A stretch of 64,000 bases of DNA from the human T2T-CHM13v2.0 reference genome, Homo sapiens, in assembly GCF_009914755.1 (NCBI RefSeq), contig NC_060940.1, one strand, 5' to 3'. Shown here piece after piece: positions 53,901-64,000 of this stretch. Below the pieces are notes generated by a model. It was given only the letters and a program-made list of their open reading frames with translations. It had not been told where the DNA came from and did no database searches. Position numbers and translations under genes: made by a program. Every line of letters starts with the position of its first letter. Positions within the stretch are counted from its first letter, which is position 1.

Positions 53901-56900
53901 TGTGAAGCCTGCCAGTGGATATTCGGACCTCTTTGAGGCCTTCGTTGGAAACGGGATTTCTTCATATTATGCTAGACAGAAGATTTCTCAGTAACTTCTT
54001 TGTGTTGTGTGTATGCAACTCACAGAGTTCAACCTTCCTTTAGACAGAGCAGATTTGAAACACTCTTTTTGTGGAATTTGCAAGTGGAGATTTCAAGCGC
54101 TTCGATGCCAATGGTAGAAAAGGAAATATCTTCGTATAAAAACAAGACAAACTCGTTCCCAGACACTGCGTAGTGATGTGTGTGTTTAACTCACAGAGTT
54201 TCACCTTTCTTTTCATACAGCATTCTGGAAACCCTCTGTTTGTAAAGTCTGCAAGTGGATATTTGGACCTCTTAGATGCCTTCGTTGGAAACGGGATTTC
54301 TTCATATAATGCTAGAGGGAAGAATTCTTAGTAACTTCTTTGTGTTGTGTGTATTCAACTGACAGAGTTGAACCTTCCTTTAGACAGAGCAGATTTGAAA
54401 GTCTCTTTTTGTGGAATTTGCAAGTGGAGATTTCAAGCGCTTTGAGGCCAAAAGCAGAAAAGGAAATGTTTTCCTATAAAAACTAGACAGAATCTTTCTC
54501 AGAAACTGCTCTGGGATGTGTGCGTTCAACTCACAGAGTTTAACTTTTCTTTTCATTCAGCAGTTTGGAAACACTCTGTTTGGAAAGTCTGCACGTGGAT
54601 ATTTTGACCTCTTTGAGGCCTTCGTTGGAAACGGGTTTTTTTCATGTAAGGCTAGACAGAAGAAATCTCAGTAACTTCCTTGTGTTGTGTGTATTCAACT
54701 GACAGAGTTGAACCTTCTTTTAGACAGAGCAGATTCGAAACACTCTTTTTCTGCAATTTGCAAGTGGAGACTTCAAGCGCTTTGAGGCCAAAGGCAGAAA
54801 AGGAAATATCTTCGTATAAAAACCCGACAGAATCATTCTCAGAAACTGCTCTGTGATGTGTGCGTTCAACTCACAGAGTTTAACTTTTCTTTTCATTCAG
54901 CAGTTTGGAAACACTCTGTTTGTAAAGTCTGCAAGTGGATATCTTGGCCTCTTAGAGGCCTTCGTTGGAAACGGGTTTTTTCATGTAAGGTTAGACAGAG
55001 GAATTCCCAGTAACTTCCTTGTGTTGTGTGCATTCAACTCACAGAGTTGAATGATTCTTTACACAGAGCAGATTTGAGACACTCTTTTGGTGGAATTTGT
55101 AAGTGGAGAATTCAGCTGCTTTGAGGTCAACGGTAGAAAAGGAAATATCTTCGTATAAAAACTAGACAGAATGATTCTCAGAAACTGTTTTGTGATGTGT
55201 GCGTTCAACTCACAGAGTTTAACCTTTCTTTTCAAAGAGCAGTTAGGAAACACTCTGTTTGTAAAGTCTGCAAGTGGATATTCAGACCTCTTTGAGGCCT
55301 TCGTTGGAAACGGGATTTCTTCATATTATGCTAGACAGATGAATTCTCAGTAACTTCCTTGTGTTGTGTGTATTCAACTCACAGAGTTGAACGATCCTTT
55401 ACACAGAGCAGATTTGAAACACTGTTTTTCTGGAATTTGCAAGTGGAGATTTCAGCCGCTTTGAGGTCAATGGTAGAAAAGGAAATATCTTCGTATAAAA
55501 ACTAGACAGAATGATTCTCAGAAACTCCTTTGTGATGTGTGCGTTCAACTCACAGAGTTTAACCTTTCTTTTCACAGAGCAGTTAGGAAACACTCTGTTT
55601 GTGAAGCCTGCCAGTGGATATTCGGACCTCTTTGAGGCCTTCGTTGGAAACGGGATTTCTTCATATTATGCTAGACAGAAGATTTCTCAGTAACTTCTTT
55701 GTGTTGTGTGTATGCAACTCACAGAGTTCAACCTTCCTTTAGACAGAGCAGATTTGAAACACTCTTTTTGTGGAATTTGCAAGTGGAGATTTCAAGCGCT
55801 TCGATGCCAATGGTAGAAAAGGAAATATCTTCGTATAAAAACAAGACAAACTCGTTCCCAGACACTGCGTAGTGATGTGTGTGTTTAACTCATAGAGTTT
55901 AACCTTTCTTTTCATACAGCATTCTGGAAACCCTCTGTTTGTAAAGTCTGCAAGTGGATATTTGGACCTCTTAGATGCCTTCGTTGGAAACGGGATTTCT
56001 TCATATAATGCTAGAGGGAAGAATTCTTAGTAACTTCTTTGTGTTGTGTGTATTCAACTGACAGAGTTGAACCTTCCTTTAGACAGAGCAGATTTGAAAG
56101 TCTCTTTTTGTGGAATTTGCAAGTGGAGATTTCAAGCGCTTTGAGGCCAAAAGCAGAAAAGGAAATATTTTCCTATAAAAACTAGACAGAATCATTCTCA
56201 GAAACTGCTCTGTGATGTGTGTGTTCAACTCACAGAGTTTAACTTTCTTTTCATTCAGCAGTTTGGAAACACTCTGTTTGGAAAGTCTGCACGTGGATAT
56301 TTTGACCTCTTTGAGGCCTTCGTTGGAAACGGGTTTTTTTCATGTAAGGCTAGACAGAAGAAATCTCAGTAACTTCCTTGTGTTGTGTGTATTCAACTGA
56401 CAGAGTTGAACCTTCCTTTAGACAGAGCAGATTCGAAACACTCTTTTTCTGCAATTTGCAAGTGGAGACTTCAAGCGCTTTGAGGCCAAAGGCAGAAAAG
56501 GAAATATCTTCGTATAAAAACCCGACAGAATCATTCTCAGAAACTGCTCTGTGATGTGTGCGTTCAACTCACAGAGTTTAACTTTTCTTTTCATTCAGCA
56601 GTTTGGAAACACTCTGTTTGTAAAGTCTGCAAGTGGATATCTTGGCCTCTTAGAGGCCTTCGTTGGAAACGGGTTTTTTCATGTAAGGTTAGACAGAGGA
56701 ATTCCCAGTAACTTCCTTGTGTTGTGTGCATTCAACTCACAGAGTTGAATGATTCTTTACACAGAGCAGATTTGAGACACTCTTTTGGTGGAATTTGTAA
56801 GTGGAGAATTCAGCCGCTTTGAGGTCAACGGTAGAAAAGGAAATATCTTCGTATAAAAACTAGACAGAATGATTCTCAGAAACTGTTTTGTGATGTGTGC

Positions 56901-59900
56901 GTTCAACTCACAGAGTTTAACCTTTCTTTTCAAAGAGCAGTTAGGAAACACTCTGTTTGTAAAGTCTGCAAGTGGATATTCAGACCTCTTTGAGGCCTTC
57001 GTTGGAAACGGGATTTCTTCATATTATGCTAGACAGATGAATTCTCAGTAACTTCCTTGTGTTGTGTGTATTCAACTCACAGAGTTGAACGATCCTTTAC
57101 ACAGAGCAGATTTGAAACACTGTTTTTCTGGAATTTGCAAGTGGAGATTTCAGCCGCTTTGAGGTCAATGGTAGAAAAAGAAATATCTTCGTATAAAAAC
57201 TAGACAGAATGATTCTCAGAAACTCCTTTGTGATGTGTGCGTTCAACTCACAGAGTTTAACCTTTCTTTTCACAGAGCAGTTAGGAAACACTCTGTTTGT
57301 GAAGCCTGCCAGTGGATATTCGGACCTCTTTGAGGCCTTCGTTGGAAACGGGATTTCTTCATATTATGCTAGACAGAAGATTTCTCAGTAACTTCTTTGT
57401 GTTGTGTGTATGCAACTCACAGAGTTCAACCTTCCTTTAGACAGAGCAGATTTGAAACACTCTTTTTGTGGAATTTGCAAGTGGAGATTTCAAGCGCTTC
57501 GATGCCAATGGTAGAAAAGGAAATATCTTCGTATAAAAACAAGACAAACTCGTTCCCAGACACTGCGTAGTGATGTGTGTGTTTAACTCACAGAGTTTCA
57601 CCTTTCTTTTCATACAGCATTCTGGAAACCCTCTGTTTGTAAAGTCTGCAAGTGGATATTTGGACCACTTAGATGCCTTCGTTGGAAACGGGATTTCTTC
57701 ATATAATGCTAGAGGGAAGAATTCTTAGTAACTTCTTTGTGTTGTGTGTATTCAACTGACAGAGTTGAACCTTCCTTTAGACAGAGCAGATTTGAAAGTC
57801 TCTTTTTGTGGAATTTGCAAGTGGAGATTTCAAGCGCTTTGAGGCCAAAAGCAGAAAAGGAAATGTTTTCCTATAAAAACTAGACAGAATCTTTCTCAGA
57901 AACTGCTCTGGGATGTGTGCGTTCAACTCACAGAGTTTAACTTTTCTTTTCATTCAGCAGTTTGGAAACACTCTGTTTGGAAAGTCTGCACGTGGATATT
58001 TTGACCTCTTTGAGGCCTTCGTTGGAAACGGGTTTTTTTCATGTAAGGCTAGACAGAAGAAATCTCAGTAACTTCCTTGTGTTGTGTGTATTCAACTGAC
58101 AGAGTTGAACCTTCTTTTAGACAGAGCAGATTCGAAACACTCTTTTTCTGCAATTTGCAAGTGGAGACTTCAAGCGCTTTGAGGCCAAAGGCAGAAAAGG
58201 AAATATCTTCGTATAAAAACCCGACAGAATCATTCTCAGAAACTGCTCTGTGATGTGTGCGTTCAACTCACAGAGTTTAACTTTTCTTTTCATTCAGCAG
58301 TTTGGAAACACTCTGTTTGTAAAGTCTGCAAGTGGATATCTTGGCCTCTTAGAGGCCTTCGTTGGAAACGGGTTTTTTCATGTAAGGTTAGACAGAGGAA
58401 TTCCCAGGAACTTCCTTGTGTTGTGTGCATTCAACTCACAGAGTTGAATGATTCTTTACACAGAGCAGATTTGAGACACTCTTTTGGTGGAATTTGTAAG
58501 TGGAGAATTCAGCCGCTTTGAGGTCAACGGTAGAAAAGGAAATATCTTCGTATAAAAACTAGACAGAATGATTCTCAGAAACTGTTTTGTGATGTGTGCG
58601 TTCAACTCACAGAGTTTAACCTTTCTTTTCAAAGAGCAGTTAGGAAACACTCTGTTTGTAAAGTCTGCAAGTGGATATTCAGACCTCTTTGAGGCCTTCG
58701 TTGGAAACGGGATTTCTTCATATTATGCTAGACAGATGAATTCTCAGTAACTTCCTTGTGTTGTGTGTATTCAACTCACAGAGTTGAACGATCCTTTACA
58801 CAGAGCAGATTTGAAACACTGTTTTTCTGGAATTTGCAAGTGGAGATTTCAGCCGCTTTGAGGTCAATGGTAGAAAAGGAAATATCTTCGTATAAAAACT
58901 AGACAGAATGATTCTCAGAAACTCCTTTGTGATGTGTGCGTTCAACTCACAGAGTTTAACCTTTCTTTTCACAGAGCAGTTAGGAAACACTCTGTTTGTG
59001 AAGCCTGCCAGTGGATATTCGGACCTCTTTGAGGCCTTCGTTGGAAACGGGATTTCTTCATATTATGCTAGACAGAAGATTTCTCAGTAACTTCTTTGTG
59101 TTGTGTGTATGCAACTCACAGAGTTCAACCTTCCTTTAGACAGAGCAGATTTGAAACACTCTTTTTGTGGAATTTGCAAGTGGAGATTTCAAGCGCTTCG
59201 ATGCCAATGGTAGAAAAGGAAATATCTTCGTAGAAAAACAAGACAAACTCGTTCCCAGACACTGCGTAGTGATGTGTGTGTTTAACTCACAGAGTTTCAC
59301 CTTTCTTTTCATACAGCATTCTGGAAACCCTCTGTTTGTAAAGTCTGCAAGTGGATATTTGGACCTCTTAGATGCCTTCGTTGGAAACGGGATTTCTTCA
59401 TATAATGCTAGAGGGAAGAATTCTTAGTAACTTCTTTGTGTTGTGTGTATTCAACTGACAGAGTTGAACCTTCCTTTAGACAGAGCAGATTTGAAAGTCT
59501 CTTTTTGTGGAATTTGCAAGTGGAGATTTCAAGCGCTTTGAGGCCAAAAGCAGAAAAGGAAATATTTTCCTATAAAAACTAGACAGAATCATTCTCAGAA
59601 ACTGCTCTGTGATGTGTGTGTTCAACTCACAGAGTTTAACTTTCTTTTCATTCAGCAGTTTGGAAACACTCTGTTTGGAAAGTCTGCACGTGGATATTTT
59701 GACCTCTTTGAGGCCTTCGTTGGAAACGGGTTTTTTTAATGTAACGCTAGACAGAAGAAATCTCAGTAACTTCCTTGTGTTGTGTGTATTCAACTGACAG
59801 AGTTGAACCTTCCTTTAGACAGAGCAGATTCGAAACACTCTTTTTCTGCAATTTGCAAGTGGAGACTTCAAGCGCTTTGAGGCCAAAGGCAGAAAAGGAA

Positions 59901-62900
59901 ATATCTTCGTATAAAAACCCGACAGAATCATTCTCAGAAACTGCTCTGTGATGTGTGCGTTCAACTCACAGAGTTTAACTTTTCTTTTCATTCAGCAGTT
60001 TGGAAACACTCTGTTTGTAAAGTCTGCAAGTGGATATCTTGGCCTCTTAGAGGCCTTCGTTGGAAACGGGTTTTTTCATGTAAGGTTAGACAGAGGAATT
60101 CCCAGTAACTTCCTTGTGTTGTGTGCATTCAACTCACAGAGTTGAATGATTCTTTACACAGAGCAGATTTGAGACACTCTTTTGGTGGAATTTGTAAGTG
60201 GAGAATTCAGCCGCTTTGAGGTCAACGGTAGAAAAGGAAATATCTTCGTATAAAAACTAGACAGAATGATTCTCAGAAACTGTTTTGTGATGTGTGCGTT
60301 CAACTCACAGAGTTTAACCTTTCTTTTCAAAGAGCAGTTAGGAAACACTCTGTTTGTAAAGTCTGCAAGTGGATATTCAGACCTCTTTGAGGCCTTCGTT
60401 GGAAACGGGATTTCTTCATATTATGCTAGACAGATGAATTCTCAGTAACTTCCTTGTGTTGTGTGTATTCAACTCACAGAGTTGAACGATCCTTTACACA
60501 GAGCAGATTTGAAACACTGTTTTTCTGGAATTTGCAAGTGGAGATTTCAGCCGCTTTGAGGTCAATGGTAGAAAAAGAAATATCTTCGTATAAAAACTAG
60601 ACAGAATGATTCTCAGAAACTCCTTTGTGATGTGTGCGTTCAACTCACAGAGTTTAACCTTTCTTTTCACAGAGCAGTTAGGAAACACTCTGTTTGTGAA
60701 GCCTGCCAGTGGATATTCGGACCTCTTTGAGGCCTTCGTTGGAAACGGGATTTCTTCATATTATGCTAGACAGAAGATTTCTCAGTAACTTCTTTGTGTT
60801 GTGTGTATGCAACTCACAGAGTTCAACCTTCCTTTAGACAGAGCAGATTTGAAACACTCTTTTTGTGGAATTTGCAAGTGGAGATTTCAAGCGCTTCGAT
60901 GCCAATGGTAGAAAAGGAAATATCTTCGTATAAAAACAAGACAAACTCGTTCCCAGACACTGCGTAGTGATGTGTGTGTTTAACTCACAGAGTTTCACCT
61001 TTCTTTTCATACAGCATTCTGGAAACCCTCTGTTTGTAAAGTCTGCAAGTGGATATTTGGACCTCTTAGATGCCTTCGTTGGAAACGGGATTTCTTCATA
61101 TAATGCTAGAGGGAAGAATTCTTAGTAACTTCTTTGTGTTGTGTGTATTCAACTGACAGAGTTGAACCTTCCTTTAGACAGAGCAGATTTGAAAGTCTCT
61201 TTTTGTGGAATTTGCAAGTGGAGATTTCAAGCGCTTTGAGGCCAAAAGCAGAAAAGGAAATGTTTTCCTATAAAAACTAGACAGCATCTTTCTCAGAAAC
61301 TGCTCTGGGATGTGTGCGTTCAACTCACAGAGTTTAACTTTTCTTTTCATTCAGCAGTTTGGAAACACTCTGTTTGGAAAGTCTGCACGTGGATATTTTG
61401 ACCTCTTTGAGGCCTTCGTTGGAAACGGGTTTTTTTCATGTAAGGCTAGACAGAAGAAATCTCAGTAACTTCCTTGTGTTGTGTGTATTCAACTGACAGA
61501 GTTGAACCTTCTTTTAGACAGAGCAGATTCGAAACACTCTTTTTCTGCAATTTGCAAGTGGAGACTTCAAGCGCTTTGAGGCCAAAGGCAGAAAAGGAAA
61601 TATCTTCGTATAAAAACCCGACAGAATCATTCTCAGAAACTGCTCTGTGATGTGTGCGTTCAACTCACAGAGTTTAACTTTTCTTTTCATTCAGCAGTTT
61701 GGAAACACTCTGTTTGTAAAGTCTGCAAGTGGATATCTTGGCCTCTTAGAGGCCTTCGTTGGAAACGGGTTTTTTCATGTAAGGTTAGACAGAGGAATTC
61801 CCAGTAACTTCCTTGTGTTGTGTGCATTCAACTCACAGAGTTGAATGATTCTTTACACAGAGCAGATTTGAGACACTCTTTTGGTGGAATTTGTAAGTGG
61901 AGAATTCAGCTGCTTTGAGGTCAACGGTAGAAAAGGAAATATCTTCGTATAAAAACTAGACAGAATGATTCTCAGAAACTGTTTTGTGATGTGTGCGTTC
62001 AACTCACAGAGTTTAACCTTTCTTTTCAAAGAGCAGTTAGGAAACACTCTATTTGTAAAGTCTGCAAGTGGATATTCAGACCTCTTTGAGGCCTTCGTTG
62101 GAAACGGGATTTCTTCATATTATGCTAGACAGATGAATTCTCAGTAACTTCCTTGTGTTGTGTGTATTCAACTCACAGAGTTGAACGATCCTTTACACAG
62201 AGCAGATTTGAAACACTGTTTTTCTGGAATTTGCAAGTGGAGATTTCAGCCGCTTTGAGGTCAATGGTAGAAAAGGAAATATCTTCGTATAAAAACTAGA
62301 CAGAATGATTCTCAGAAACTCCTTTGTGATGTGTGCGTTCAACTCACAGAGTTTAACCTTTCTTTTCACAGAGCAGTTAGGAAACACTCTGTTTGTGAAG
62401 CCTGCCAGTGGATATTCGGACCTCTTTGAGGCCTTCGTTGGAAACGGGATTTCTTCATATTATGCTAGACAGAAGATTTCTCAGTAACTTCTTTGTGTTG
62501 TGTGTATGCAACTCACAGAGTTCAACCTTCCTTTAGACAGAGCAGATTTGAAACACTCTTTTTGTGGAATTTGCAAGTGGAGATTTCAAGCGCTTCGATG
62601 CCAATGGTAGAAAAGGAAATATCTTCGTATAAAAACAAGACAAACTCGTTCCCAGACACTGCGTAGTGATGTGTGTGTTTAACTCATAGAGTTTAACCTT
62701 TCTTTTCATACAGCATTCTGGAAACCCTCTGTTTGTAAAGTCTGCAAGTGGATATTTGGACCTCTTAGATGCCTTCGTTGGAAACGGGATTTCTTCATAT
62801 AATGCTAGAGGGAAGAATTCTTAGTAACTTCTTTGTGTTGTGTGTATTCAACTGACAGAGTTGAACCTTCCTTTAGACAGAGCAGATTTGAAAGTCTCTT

Positions 62901-64000
62901 TTTGTGGAATTTGCAAGTGGAGATTTCAAGCGCTTTGAGGCCAAAAGCAGAAAAGGAAATATTTTCCTATAAAAACTAGACAGAATCATTCTCAGAAACT
63001 GCTCTGTGATGTGTGTGTTCAACTCACAGAGTTTAACTTTCTTTTCATTCAGCAGTTTGGAAACACTCTGTTTGGAAAGTCTGCACGTGGATATTTTGAC
63101 CTCTTTGAGGCCTTCGTTGGAAACGGGTTTTTTTCATGTAAGGCTAGACAGAAGAAATCTCAGTAACTTCCTTGTGTTGTGTGTATTCAACTGACAGAGT
63201 TGAACCTTCCTTTAGACAGAGCAGATTCGAAACACTCTTTTTCTGCAATTTGCAAGTGGAGACTTCAAGCGCTTTGAGGCCAAAGGCAGAAAAGGAAATA
63301 TCTTCGTATAAAAACCCGACAGAATCATTCTCAGAAACTGCTCTGTGATGTGTGCGTTCAACTCACAGAGTTTAACTTTTCTTTTCATTCAGCAGTTTGG
63401 AAACACTCTGTTTGTAAAGTCTGCAAGTGGATATCTTGGCCTCTTAGAGGCCTTCGTTGGAAACGGGTTTTTTCATGTAAGGTTAGACAGAGGAATTCCC
63501 AGTAACTTCCTTGTGTTGTGTGCATTCAACTCACAGAGTTGAATGATTCTTTACACAGAGCAGATTTGAGACACTCTTTTGGTGGAATTTGTAAGTGGAG
63601 AATTCAGCCGCTTTGAGGTCAACGGTAGAAAAGGAAATATCTTCGTATAAAAACTAGACAGAATGATTCTCAGAAACTGTTTTGTGATGTGTGCGTTCAA
63701 CTCACAGAGTTTAACCTTTCTTTTCAAAGAGCAGTTAGGAAACACTCTGTTTGTAAAGTCTGCAAGTGGATATTCAGACCTCTTTGAGGCCTTCGTTGGA
63801 AACGGGATTTCTTCATATTATGCTAGACAGATGAATTCTCAGTAACTTCCTTGTGTTGTGTGTATTCAACTCACAGAGTTGAACGATCCTTTACACAGAG
63901 CAGATTTGAAACACTGTTTTTCTGGAATTTGCAAGTGGAGATTTCAGCCGCTTTGAGGTCAATGGTAGAAAAAGAAATATCTTCGTATAAAAACTAGACA
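32951..64000 (+). repeat. Eighteen consecutive canonical 10-mer HORs plus a partial unit (63525-64000)
   Basis: All landmark spacings from 32977 to 63551 are 1698 or 1699 bp. Confidence 0.94.

Larger units (their letters stand above)
1..64000 (+). repeat. Alpha-satellite higher-order repeat array, SF1 (J1/J2 dimeric), 10-mer ~1.7 kb HOR; probably human chr16 D16Z2 (S1C16H1L)
   Basis: Alphoid motifs (TTCAACTCACAGAGTT, GAAACACTCT, GCAAGTGGA, CTAGACAGAA) recur about every 170 bp. CENP-B boxes recur every 340 bp and near-identical sequence recurs every 1698-1699 bp (landmarks at 27, 1726, ... 61853, 63551). Alpha satellite and the dimeric structure are directly visible. The chr16 assignment is inferred from the SF1 plus 10-mer combination and is less certain. 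Confidence 0.97.

Noticed and set aside
49285-59793. Longer ORFs (105 aa at 49285, 52682 and 59476; 86-88 aa elsewhere)
   Set aside because: They arise when single SNVs or the 1-bp indel remove a stop codon or shift frame. They are useful only as haplotype markers.
27-63845. Recurrent 60-65 aa ORFs on both strands (MFPNCS..., MILRN..., MMCAFN...)
   Set aside because: These are chance translations of alpha satellite. They overlap on opposite strands, repeat with HOR periodicity, often use non-ATG starts and show no recognisable domain.
1-64000. CRISPR-like array of regularly spaced motifs
   Set aside because: The intervening sequence is itself repeated, there are no unique spacers or cas genes, and the sequence is primate satellite.
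1-64000. Transposon insertion, inversion or non-alphoid island
   Set aside because: Every interval between landmarks is accounted for by 6-, 8- or 10-mer lengths, and CENP-B boxes stay on the + strand throughout.
1-64000. A previously undescribed biological system
   Set aside because: Everything visible is explained by a known class of centromeric repeat. Any novelty is limited to the specific variant and duplication architecture, which needs comparison with published centromere assemblies.

Overview
The whole 64 kb window is one uninterrupted, head-to-tail array of primate centromeric alpha-satellite DNA in a single orientation. I see no genes, transposons or unique sequence. The ~170-bp monomers alternate as a 340-bp dimer in which one monomer carries a CENP-B box (CTTCGTTGGAAACGGGA/T) and the other a pJalpha-type box. 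This is the suprachromosomal family 1 (J1/J2) organisation. Five distinct dimers (called A-E here) form a 10-monomer higher-order repeat (HOR) of 1698-1699 bp, which best fits the human chromosome 16 active array D16Z2 (S1C16H1L); that assignment is an inference from family and unit length. Spacing of recurring landmarks gives 39 complete units plus a partial one: 33 ten-mers (20 of 1699 bp, 13 of 1698 bp), four 8-mers of three junction types, and two 6-mers. All supplied ORFs are repeat artefacts. I found no evidence of a novel protein-coding system. The notable content is array evolution: chimeric structural variants, 2-, 4- and 6-HOR super-repeats, dispersed block duplications, and copied CENP-B-box mutations.
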